Shown here in pieces: positions 1 to 7,117 of a stretch of DNA of 8,514 bases (the stretch's first letter is position 1; each line of letters begins with the position of its first letter). Below the pieces are notes generated by a model. It was not told the DNA's origin and searched no databases. It worked only from the letters and a program-made list of their open reading frames with translations. The DNA lies in IMG/VR virus record IMGVR_UViG_2703718829_000003; one strand, given 5' to 3'. The stretch comes from a virus. Taxonomy: Duplodnaviria; Heunggongvirae; Uroviricota; Caudoviricetes. The position numbers were made by a program, and so were the translations under genes.

Positions 1-1053
1 ATGACGTTACCACTAAGAGATTACTATCCTATTGAGCGCGCGGCAAAGTTATTAGACTGCGATATTGATGATCTTATTCATTGGGCTGTGACAGGCTGCA
101 TTCGTATTTGTATAAAAATTGAATCTGCATATGGAGTATTAAATATCCCAGATGAAAAAGATGTGGTTAATTTCGATTGTCTGCGTAAGTTTCTGGATTC
201 AGAACCATGTAAATCACGGTTATCTGACCTTGATGCCATTTCAGAAAGGGCGGCAGAACACCATGGTTTTAATTATATAAAAACCAAGTCGAGAATTATA
301 TTTGATTCAATGTGCGAATCTCTAAGTCATTCATATGTAGCGCCCAAATTTGGTGACATAGCAATTGATACTGCATTTGCTTTGTTAAATTATTATAACA
401 GGGGGTTATATTATGGGGAAAATTATCACATATATAGTGTATATCGAATAGCAACGGATGAAAGAGCTGTGGCAGTTGTACCACCAGTATTTAAAGGTAT
501 TCAAGAAAAATACCATAAGTATTTTGTTGAAATAGGCGGTATTTTCGCTTTGGGGGGAAGTTTTTTTGCCAACTATGATTTTAATAAGAAGTTTAAAGCC
601 AACCGAATAATTAATAGCAATATTATAATTGCTTCTGACGTTGATATACATATAGGAGTAATTGTTACTGAGGATGTTTCTTTTGATATTGGTGATTTAT
701 ATATCTTAAAGAGTGATTTTTTAAAAATACAAAATGCTACAAGCTCCAATAGCGAGTTAAGAAAAGATTATGTTAATCCATTGGCAGACACTTTATATTT
801 GTGTGCGGGTAACAATATATTAAGCTCTGAGGATGGAGAGAAAGATATATGCACCAATAAAAACAATATAGAACGATTATCTAAAACAATGAAGGATTTT
901 TTTCGTGCGATGCTTGTTATTCATTATAAAGAACTCGAAAACAATCCGGTAAAACTTGCTGATATATTGACCGCGGAAGCAAAAGAGGCAGGACTCAATA
1001 TGCGCTTTGATAAAAGTACTATATCAAGATGGATTAAGGCATCATCTCAGTAA
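1..1053 (+). CDS. Hypothetical protein, 350 aa; AT-rich cargo-like gene with HTH-like segments at both termini (possible DNA-binding regulator); function unknown
   Basis: Uninterrupted 350-codon ORF starting at the ATG at position 1 and ending at TAA 1051-1053. GC is visibly lower (roughly one third by eye) than the ~50% of the rest of the window. N-terminus (ERAAKLLDCDIDDLIHWAVTG) and C-terminus (GLNMRFDKSTISRWIK) resemble helix-turn-helix DNA-binding motifs. No catalytic motif recognised. Upstream signals lie outside the window. Confidence 0.6.
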   Translation: MTLPLRDYYPIERAAKLLDCDIDDLIHWAVTGCIRICIKIESAYGVLNIPDEKDVVNFDCLRKFLDSEPCKSRLSDLDAISERAAEHHGFNYIKTKSRIIFDSMCESLSHSYVAPKFGDIAIDTAFALLNYYNRGLYYGENYHIYSVYRIATDERAVAVVPPVFKGIQEKYHKYFVEIGGIFALGGSFFANYDFNKKFKANRIINSNIIIASDVDIHIGVIVTEDVSFDIGDLYILKSDFLKIQNATSSNSELRKDYVNPLADTLYLCAGNNILSSEDGEKDICTNKNNIERLSKTMKDFFRAMLVIHYKELENNPVKLADILTAEAKEAGLNMRFDKSTISRWIKASSQ

Positions 1054-1148
1054 GACCAGCAAGCATCTTAATAAGACCTTTAATACTTGCTTTCAAAACT
1101 CCGTAAAACAAAAATCTCCCCCGAAAGTTCAGAAACATAGGGGGAAAT

Positions 1149-1469
1149 ATGACTCAATCCGCATTCATTCCACCAACTCCAGAACAGCGCCGCACCATAC
1201 TCGCCGAGTATGGTTTTGACTGCGAAGAACGCATCAGGGAAGAGAAGTGTAAAAAAATGACCACGCTTTCACGCTCCCGGCGCTGGGAACTGGAGAAGAT
1301 CGGTGCTTTTCCTCCCCGTCACTCTTTGGGGCGTTGCTCATGTACCTGGCTGTTAAGTGATGTTTTGTGGTGGCTACGTAATCCGCCAGTTATTGCCAAA
1401 GTGAATAACCCATACGAAAACGCCAAAAAGAAAAGGGAGAGGGAATCCGGTAGCGCCAGAGTTGAATAA
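1149..1469 (+). CDS. alpA: AlpA-family (phage/prophage regulatory, MerR-like HTH) transcriptional regulator, 106 aa
   Basis: Strong Shine-Dalgarno (AGGGGGAAAT) immediately upstream of the ATG at 1149. The segment RIREEKCKKMTTLSRSRRWELEKIGAFPPRHSLGRCSCTWLLSDVLWWL follows the AlpA pattern (helix - LSRS-type turn - FP.P..LG - R...W...EI..WL). The HTH helix begins upstream of the internal Met at 1257, which supports the 1149 start. Confidence 0.7.
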   Translation: MTQSAFIPPTPEQRRTILAEYGFDCEERIREEKCKKMTTLSRSRRWELEKIGAFPPRHSLGRCSCTWLLSDVLWWLRNPPVIAKVNNPYENAKKKRERESGSARVE

Positions 1470-1570
1470 GCCCGGGCGGCTTATTGCAGCCCATCGCTTG
1501 GCGGCAAAACTTACTGATGTGAACACGTTGCTACACGTGAGGGGGAGAGGTCGGGCGCTGACAGCAGAGC

Positions 1571-1601
1571 AAAAAAAAGAAGCTCGCTAAAGCCAGCGAG
1601 C
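1571..1601 (-). terminator. Candidate intrinsic terminator for a leftward (minus-strand) transcript
   Basis: Perfect 7-bp GC-rich stem (1582-1588 GCTCGCT / 1595-1601 AGCGAGC) with a 6-nt loop, directly preceded on the + strand by an A8 run (1571-1578). This gives hairpin + U8 on the minus strand. No U-tract follows on the + strand. Confidence 0.3.
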
Positions 1602-1735
1602 CAACCAGTCAAGGATGTGCATTTAGTGCACCTGAAACCAACAATAAGAAATAATAGGCAGAAATGATTATGGCTTTTTTACTCTTAAAAATCAATCACT
1701 CAGCGCAAGCGCGCCAAAATAATTTGCAATATTGC

Positions 1736-1765
1736 TTGACTCGCTTTTTTGTCATGGCGTATCGT
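1736..1765 (+). promoter_or_regulatory. Candidate sigma70 promoter for the small-ORF/primase/integrase operon, abutted by a 10-bp palindrome
   Basis: -35-like TTGACT (1736-1741), 18-bp spacer, -10-like TATCGT (1760-1765). The perfect palindrome GCAATATTGC (1726-1735) sits directly upstream and could be an operator. Assigned by eye only. Confidence 0.3.
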
Positions 1766-1835
1766 TTGCCCGCACCTCATAAAGCGGGTGCCGGGTTTAG
1801 CAGCCTGATTGACAAAGCGGGTAGCCGCTATATTT

Positions 1836-1914
1836 CCGTAATGCGGTTTTTTTGTGCCCGTAATACCACCCTTTCCCGTATTATGGCGGGGCGTAATGGG
1901 GAGGCCGTAAGGCC
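1836..1914 (+). repeat. Five direct CGTAAT-like heptamer repeats in the untranslated leader, ending in a GNRA-type hairpin
   Basis: CCGTAAT (1836-1842), CCGTAAT (1858-1864), CCGTATT (1876-1882), GCGTAAT (1891-1897), CCGTAAG (1905-1911). The last copy lies inside GGCC-GTAA-GGCC (1903-1914), a 4-bp stem with a GUAA tetraloop. A second hairpin follows (CTGGT 1917-1921 / ACCAG 1931-1935). Confidence 0.4.
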
Positions 1915-2017
1915 TGCTGGTTTCTTTGTCACCAGTCTGCTAACCCTGTTACGTCCCGCCACCATGTTTAGCAGCGTGCTGGCGAGACTCCGTAAATTAG
2001 ACAAAGGAGCCGCCAAA

Positions 2018-2191
2018 ATGGCTATATCAACACGCCCTGATTTTATCTGGCGCTTTATGCAGTGCCACGGTAAAAATATCCGCCTTCATACCGTTACCGC
2101 TGCCAGTGAGCGCGAAGCGCGCGCCATGCTTCCGGCATCCCGTCTGGTCTTTGTTGCCCGTATCCGTGTCCGGGAGGCGTGCCATGTTTAA
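2018..2191 (+). CDS. Small hypothetical protein, 57 aa (first gene of the small-ORF cluster); tentatively like the small conserved Icd-like/P4-family proteins
   Basis: ATG at 2018 is preceded by AAGGAG (2004-2009) with an 8-nt spacer. Product MAISTRPDFIWRFMQCHGKNIRLHTVTAASEREARAMLPASRLVFVARIRVREACHV. The upstream in-frame extension back to 1664 has no ribosome-binding site and poor protein-like composition. The family resemblance is from memory, not a search. Confidence 0.5.
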   Translation: MAISTRPDFIWRFMQCHGKNIRLHTVTAASEREARAMLPASRLVFVARIRVREACHV

Positions 2192-2366
2192 GCTCCTTAT
2201 CACCCTGATTAACTACCAGAACGGCGACGTTCGCCAGATGATTCATTCCTGGGAATATCCGACTTATGACGATGCATGGCGTGATGCCTGTCGTATGGCA
2301 TATTCCCGCAATGACAAACAGGGGCGATTAACTCACAAATGCGCAGTAAAAATCATGGAGGGGTAA
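2184..2366 (+). CDS. Small hypothetical protein, 60 aa
   Basis: ATG at 2184 is preceded by GGGAGG (2172-2177) and overlaps the stop of the previous ORF (ATGTTTAA), indicating translational coupling. The 86-aa ORF-track version starts upstream without a ribosome-binding site. Confidence 0.5.
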   Translation: MFKLLITLINYQNGDVRQMIHSWEYPTYDDAWRDACRMAYSRNDKQGRLTHKCAVKIMEG

Positions 2367-2368
2367 CG

Positions 2369-2557
2369 ATGTACGAGATTCATATTAAATTGCGTAATGT
2401 GGTAACAGGAGAGGAAGAAAACTTCCACACGATACGTAAATATAAATCAAAAGGAAAAGCGGCAAGGGACGTTATCAGGTATACGGAAGAAATTGCGCCG
2501 AAATATCAATTGCCAGAAGAAGAGCTCACAGCATCAGTGGTAAAGGTGAAGAAATGA
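2369..2557 (+). CDS. Small hypothetical protein, 62 aa, lysine/glutamate-rich
   Basis: ATG at 2369 is preceded by GGAGG (2357-2361) and lies 2 nt after the stop of the previous ORF. Product MYEIHIKLRNVVTGEEENFHTIRKYKSKGKAARDVIRYTEEIAPKYQLPEEELTASVVKVKK. Confidence 0.5.
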   Translation: MYEIHIKLRNVVTGEEENFHTIRKYKSKGKAARDVIRYTEEIAPKYQLPEEELTASVVKVKK

Positions 2558-2772
2558 AAACCCGTTCAGCATCCCGTAAAAATAATGGCAGTGGTGAAAA
2601 ACGTTTCTTTGTGTTGGGTTATGCCGTTAATAAGCGCGGGTTAACCAAACATGCACATGCAACGGTATACGGAACGGGACCGGGCGAAGCCATACGCCGC
2701 GCAGCCGAAGGGCTGGAAGAGCTGGGAATGACACATTTCAGAGCGTTGAAGGTGACGCAGCTTTCCGCCTGA
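2554..2772 (+). CDS. Small hypothetical protein, 72 aa
   Basis: Start ATG overlaps the upstream stop (ATGA at 2554-2557), with AGGTGA upstream. Basic N-terminus; no recognisable motif. Confidence 0.5.
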   Translation: MKTRSASRKNNGSGEKRFFVLGYAVNKRGLTKHAHATVYGTGPGEAIRRAAEGLEELGMTHFRALKVTQLSA

Positions 2773-2839
2773 TTCCCGAATTGTCCACTGATAACTGAAT
2801 TCAATTTATATTTCGGCCTTAACTGGCCGGGGAGTTTTT

Positions 2840-3145
2840 ATGTCTGAAAATCAGAATGTCCGCAATATATACAAAAAAGAATACGCTGGCTTTTTCACAG
2901 AAGATTCCATTGGCAGTCTTGAGGATGTAATAAATGTTATTGCTCTTTTTTCAGCATTGACAGGTGAAATTAATACCAAAGAGCGAATTGCTGTACAAAG
3001 CGATGAAATGGAATCATTAACTAACATTCTTTATCGGGAATTACGAGCGATTAAATCAGGAATGCATCTTTCTGGCGGGATTTTTTCATGGCACAAAGCT
3101 GAAGCCGCAGGGATTGCCCGGAAACAAGAAGTAACGAGTAATTAA
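2840..3145 (+). CDS. Hypothetical protein, 101 aa; visibly more AT-rich than its neighbours
   Basis: GGGGAG (2829-2834) upstream of the ATG at 2840; clean ORF to TAA 3143-3145. By position, immediately upstream of the primase, it is analogous to the small accessory genes that precede alpha in P4-type left operons, but no sequence-level identification was possible. Confidence 0.55.
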   Translation: MSENQNVRNIYKKEYAGFFTEDSIGSLEDVINVIALFSALTGEINTKERIAVQSDEMESLTNILYRELRAIKSGMHLSGGIFSWHKAEAAGIARKQEVTSN

Positions 3146-3151
3146 TAAAAA

Positions 3152-3181
3152 CCCCACTGCAAAAGGTGCAGTGGGGGGGGG
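3152..3181 (+). promoter_or_regulatory. Perfect 10-bp-stem hairpin overlapping the primase ribosome-binding site, followed by a G9 homopolymer
   Basis: CCCCACTGCA (3152-3161), loop AAAGG, TGCAGTGGGG (3167-3176). The G-run 3173-3181 (9 G) forms the 3' half of the stem and the only purine-rich Shine-Dalgarno candidate, 8 nt before the ATG at 3190. Confidence 0.45.
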
Positions 3182-3189
3182 ATTTATAT

Positions 3190-5859
3190 ATGAAACATAA
3201 CACCAGAAAAGAGATTATTAACCGTCTTATTCGTGATTACAACTTTAAAGAAGAAAATAACTATCTTCGTTATGGTGTTTGTCCGCAATGTGGAAAGAAG
3301 GAACTGTTTACCAGTCTTGAGAGGCCGTACATCGTACACTGTGGCCGCGAAAATAAATGCGGTGCAGACCTGTTGACCAAAGAACTTTACCCGGATGTGT
3401 TTTCGTCATGGTCAGATCGCTATATCAGCACGAAAGACGATCCATACGCAGCGGCGGCAGCTTATCTTCAGGAAGCGCGCAATATTGCTGTGGAGCCACT
3501 GAAAGGGGCATTTACTCAGGAGCGATACCAGGACAAGGAAAGCGGCGAACAAGCCGCTACCGTGCGTTTTACGCTGGCTGACGGCGTGTGGTGGGAGCGC
3601 ATCATAGACCGACCGGAACGCTTCGCTCGCAAGGCGAATTTTTCCGGCAGCTACAAGGGGCTGTGGTGGGCTTATCCGGGAGCTGATTTAAGCAAGGCCA
3701 AAGAAATCTGGATTTGTGAGGGTGTCTTTGATGCCATCAGCCTTAACCAGAATGGCATTGCGGCCGTTTCTGTCATGTCTGCCGTGAACTACCCTGATAA
3801 GGCGCTGGAAGAACTGGCGAAGCTGTGCGGAGATAATCCCCGTCCGGTTATTGTGTGGGCGCTGGATAACGGGCGTGCGGGTGAGCGTTACGCGAAAAAA
3901 CATGCAGAACGCAGCGCCGAAGGCGGCTGGAGAACGGCAGCGGCGTTACCGGGTGAAAACAACAATAAACGCGACTGGAATGATTTACACATCGCCGGAA
4001 AGCTACGTGGCCATGATGTGAAAAGATACCGTTATTACGGTGATTTATTGCTGGCGAAATCTCCGAGAGATAAGGCACTAATAATGTTTTCCTTTCGTGA
4101 GCGAAAGGAATTTCATTTTCCCTTTGATAACCGTGTGTTCTGGTTCAAGCTGGATATTGAGCGCCATATGAAGGCTGTTGAGCGTGTCATTAATGAGCGA
4201 AATGTTGACGAAGATGAAGCGCGCAAAATTGCACTCAAGGAATCCGGCGCTGTAAAAGAAATCGCAAACTGTAACCCAGTGCCGCTTTATTACATTCGAA
4301 ACAATGATACGGATGAAGCATGGTATTACTTCCGCATTACATTCCCGGATGGTGCTACGGTGAAAAACACCTTTACATCAGGGCAATTAACATCCGCATC
4401 TGAATTTAAAAAACGTCTGTTGCACGTAGCAAAAGGCGGCATTTATACCGGAACGACTACGCAACTTGACGCATTAATAAAAAATGACCTTCCCGCAATA
4501 AAAGAGGTTATTGGTCAGGATTTTATCGGATACAACAAGGCCATTGGGGCATGGTTGTTTAATGATATTGCTGTTTACAAGGGTAAAACTTATGAAATCA
4601 ATGACGAAGATTATTTTGAAATTGATGGCATAAACGCAAAACCATTAAGCGAAAAACCCACATTACAGATTAACTACAAAAAACCGGATGAATTTACAAC
4701 GTCATGGGTGGAAGATCTCTGGCTGGCTTTTGGCGAAAAGGGAATTATTACCCTGGCTTTCTGGCTGGGTTCGCTGTTCAGTGAACAAATCCGGGATAAA
4801 GAAGAATCCTTCCCCTTCCTTGAAGTCACCGGGGAGCCCGGAACGGGTAAATCAACATTGATTGATTTTTGCTGGCGGCTGTGCGGTCGTGACAACTATG
4901 AAGGCGTAGATCCAACCAAAGGATCAGAGGCGGGCTGGAAGCGCACCTTTGGACAGGTCGCCGGATTACCTGTTGTTCTGATTGAAGCGGACCGGGGAGA
5001 CAATGCGCAAAAAAGAGGTGCGTTTGACTTCGATAACCTGAAAAGTCTCTATAACGGCGGTGGTATCGGCGTTCGTGGTGTTAAGGCCAACAATAACAAC
5101 ACCTATGACCCGGATTTTAAGGGCGCTATCGTAATTGCGCAGAATGCGCGGGTAAACGCCTCGCCGGCAATTATCGAGCGCCTGATACGTATATACACCG
5201 ATAAAAAACGCCATTCACCTGATACCCGACTGGCGGCGAGACGACTGGAACTCTACCCCGTCGAGAAGGTATCGGGGTTTATTCATCGGGCGGTAAGTCA
5301 GGAACGGGCGATTATGCAAACGTTCCTGGAAGTGTCGCCGGCTGAAACGGAACGCCTTTGCGGATGCGAAAATATTCGCCATCCCCGTATCGCCAAAAAT
5401 CACGCGCAACTTATCGCGCTGGTCAGGGCGCTTAAATGCGTTATTGATATCCCGGCTGAATGGCTTGATGCCACATGTCTGGAACTGGAACAAATGGCAA
5501 CAGCGCAGGTTAAAGCGGCGGCGGCTGATTTACCGGAAGTGGTGGAGTTCTGGGAAGCGTTCGACTTCCTGGACGGCATAACAAAATACGGTGTAAACCA
5601 CTACGGCAAGGGATGCTGCGAAGGGATTGCTATCAGTATTCCGCAACTGGCACAGGCAGCCGCCATTCACCGCGTGGAGATCCGAACCGATCGCGAAATG
5701 ATTGAGTTGCTCGGGGCTGGACGCTCCCGACCGTTGACAGGTCGTAAAACAATTCGTAGTGAGGTGTCCAGACAGGCAAACGCCGGAAAAGGGGTAGCCG
5801 AGGCCAGAGAGCCGGAAGTACTGAAATGCCGGATATTCAGTTACAAGGAGGGGCGTTAA
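3190..5859 (+). CDS. Bifunctional DNA primase / helicase replication protein (Zn-ribbon + TOPRIM primase domain, C-terminal P-loop helicase-type NTPase; P4 alpha-like), 889 aa
   Basis: N-terminal zinc-ribbon CPQCGKK...HCGRENKCG; TOPRIM-type acidic motifs ICEGVFDAISL and VWALDNGRAGERYA; Walker A VTGEPGTGKSTLID (nt 4831-4857) and Walker B-like VVLIEADRG. First ATG in frame is at 3190; the ORF-track start at 3166 is a GTG inside the upstream hairpin. Confidence 0.9.
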   Translation: MKHNTRKEIINRLIRDYNFKEENNYLRYGVCPQCGKKELFTSLERPYIVHCGRENKCGADLLTKELYPDVFSSWSDRYISTKDDPYAAAAAYLQEARNIAVEPLKGAFTQERYQDKESGEQAATVRFTLADGVWWERIIDRPERFARKANFSGSYKGLWWAYPGADLSKAKEIWICEGVFDAISLNQNGIAAVSVMSAVNYPDKALEELAKLCGDNPRPVIVWALDNGRAGERYAKKHAERSAEGGWRTAAALPGENNNKRDWNDLHIAGKLRGHDVKRYRYYGDLLLAKSPRDKALIMFSFRERKEFHFPFDNRVFWFKLDIERHMKAVERVINERNVDEDEARKIALKESGAVKEIANCNPVPLYYIRNNDTDEAWYYFRITFPDGATVKNTFTSGQLTSASEFKKRLLHVAKGGIYTGTTTQLDALIKNDLPAIKEVIGQDFIGYNKAIGAWLFNDIAVYKGKTYEINDEDYFEIDGINAKPLSEKPTLQINYKKPDEFTTSWVEDLWLAFGEKGIITLAFWLGSLFSEQIRDKEESFPFLEVTGEPGTGKSTLIDFCWRLCGRDNYEGVDPTKGSEAGWKRTFGQVAGLPVVLIEADRGDNAQKRGAFDFDNLKSLYNGGGIGVRGVKANNNNTYDPDFKGAIVIAQNARVNASPAIIERLIRIYTDKKRHSPDTRLAARRLELYPVEKVSGFIHRAVSQERAIMQTFLEVSPAETERLCGCENIRHPRIAKNHAQLIALVRALKCVIDIPAEWLDATCLELEQMATAQVKAAAADLPEVVEFWEAFDFLDGITKYGVNHYGKGCCEGIAISIPQLAQAAAIHRVEIRTDREMIELLGAGRSRPLTGRKTIRSEVSRQANAGKGVAEAREPEVLKCRIFSYKEGR

Positions 5860-5861
5860 AC

Positions 5862-6866
5862 ATGCCGATCAGAAAGATGCATGATGGGCGGTGGCTACTC
5901 GATATCAGGCCATGCGGACGTAAAGGGAAGCGCATCAGAAGAATATTTGACAAAAAATCTATAGCTACAGCAACTGAACGGTACATCATAGCGAACGCCG
6001 AAAAGCGCGAGTTTATACAGGGCTATCGCGACCGGAGAACCCTTAGCGATTTACTGGAATTGTGGTGGGTTTATCACGGTCAGCACAGGCGAAAGGCAAA
6101 CACGGATAAACAGCAGCTTGGCAAAATTATTAATGAGCTTGGAGCTGACATGTTTGCGGTAGAACTCGACAAATTAAAAATCATTGCATGGCGATCGCAG
6201 AAAATTGCGGAAGGATTAAAGCCGTCCTCAGCAAACAGATACATGAACAGATTATCGGGGATGTTTACAGCCCTGAAAAAGATCGGTTTGTGGGATGCAG
6301 AGCATCCGGTTCGTGGTATTCCTGTTCTTTATGTAAAGCAGCGGGAAATGGCCTTTTTATCAAAAAACGAGGTCACATTGTTGCTTGACGGGCTGAATGG
6401 AGATCAACGAAGGGTTGCGCTCTTGTGTCTTTGTACCGGAGCCCGCTGGAGTGAGGCCAGCAGATTGCATGGAGAGCAAATAGTTCATAATAGAATAACG
6501 TTTCTGGAAACCAAAAACGGTAGAAAAAGAACGGTGCCTGTGTCGCAGGAAATATGCGATGCCGTAAAAACAAAAGAAACCGGGCGACTGTTTGATGTGA
6601 AGTACAGAGAGTTTTGCCGGGCATTAAAAAAAATAAAACCCGATTTACCGAGGGGGCAGGCTGCGCATGTATTGCGGCATACATTCGCCAGTCACTTTGT
6701 GATGAACGGTGGCAACATTCTTGCGCTACAAAAAATCCTTGGGCATGCGACAATTCAGCAGACTATGGCATACGCACATTTTGCACCGGATTATCTGGCA
6801 GATGCCATGAGATTTAACCCGGTAGCCAACATAGTGATCACCGAAGAAAAAGAGCCAGCAGAGTAA
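5862..6866 (+). CDS. int: Tyrosine site-specific recombinase (small phage-type integrase, P2-Int-like size), 334 aa
   Basis: AGGAGG (5846-5851) upstream of the ATG at 5862, which lies 2 nt after the primase stop. Catalytic signature present: Arg box TGARWSEASRL, HVLRHTFASHF (H-x-x-R), and nucleophile Tyr in LGHATIQQTMAYAHFAPDY. N-terminus MPIRKMHDGRWLLDIRPCGRKGKRIRRIF is typical of small P2-type integrases. Confidence 0.9.
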   Translation: MPIRKMHDGRWLLDIRPCGRKGKRIRRIFDKKSIATATERYIIANAEKREFIQGYRDRRTLSDLLELWWVYHGQHRRKANTDKQQLGKIINELGADMFAVELDKLKIIAWRSQKIAEGLKPSSANRYMNRLSGMFTALKKIGLWDAEHPVRGIPVLYVKQREMAFLSKNEVTLLLDGLNGDQRRVALLCLCTGARWSEASRLHGEQIVHNRITFLETKNGRKRTVPVSQEICDAVKTKETGRLFDVKYREFCRALKKIKPDLPRGQAAHVLRHTFASHFVMNGGNILALQKILGHATIQQTMAYAHFAPDYLADAMRFNPVANIVITEEKEPAE

Positions 6867-6895
6867 CCCGCAGAACGCTACATTCACAGCAAAAG

Positions 6896-6921
6896 AGGTC
6901 AGTTTCCCGCTGACCTTTTTT
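6896..6921 (+). terminator. Rho-independent terminator closing the primase-integrase operon
   Basis: Stem GGTCAG (6897-6902) / CTGACC (6910-6915), 7-nt loop, followed by T6 (6916-6921) and preceded by A4. Lies 30 nt after the integrase stop. Confidence 0.6.
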
Positions 6922-7117
6922 GTTGGCCAGAACCAACGGTAACAGCAATGCAATGGTGGTCATATTGCAGTAGTGCCGCCATCAATTTTTTGCTTCCCCT
7001 GATTATCAGAAAGAGTCAAACAGTGGCGAGATACATTTCAATCACAGAGAGTTAATGAGAGTGATACAGAGTAAGTGGGTTTAATTAACATTTTAAAGGG
7101 TCGCGCTAAAGTTTGGG

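Noticed and set aside
296-651. Two minus-strand ORFs (62 and 81 aa) inside the AT-rich first gene
   Set aside because: Antisense to a longer, coherent + strand ORF; AT-rich DNA produces chance ORFs; no ribosome-binding sites seen.
1007-1219. 70-aa + strand ORF bridging the end of the first gene and the start of the alpA-like gene
   Set aside because: Overlaps two better-supported genes in other frames and runs through the intergenic ribosome-binding site; no start signal of its own.
1809-1834. Promoter formed by the perfect TTGACA (1809-1814) and TATATT (1829-1834)
   Set aside because: Spacer is only 14 bp; shifting the -10 to reach a workable spacing gives poor hexamers. The TTGACT-N18-TATCGT candidate at 1736-1765 is preferred.
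1664-2191. 175-aa ORF-track ORF spanning the leader region
   Set aside because: No ribosome-binding site at 1664 and an N-terminal two-thirds with non-protein-like composition, whereas an internal ATG at 2018 has a strong AAGGAG site. Called as a 57-aa gene (2018-2191) with an untranslated leader instead.
3357-5493. Several 71-92-aa ORFs inside or antisense to the primase-helicase gene
   Set aside because: Fully embedded in a 889-aa ORF with recognisable primase and helicase motifs; typical shadow ORFs.
6188-6953. ORFs of 66-126 aa inside or antisense to the integrase gene, one running across the terminator
   Set aside because: Embedded in or antisense to the integrase, which has a complete catalytic signature; the last one reads through the intrinsic terminator hairpin.
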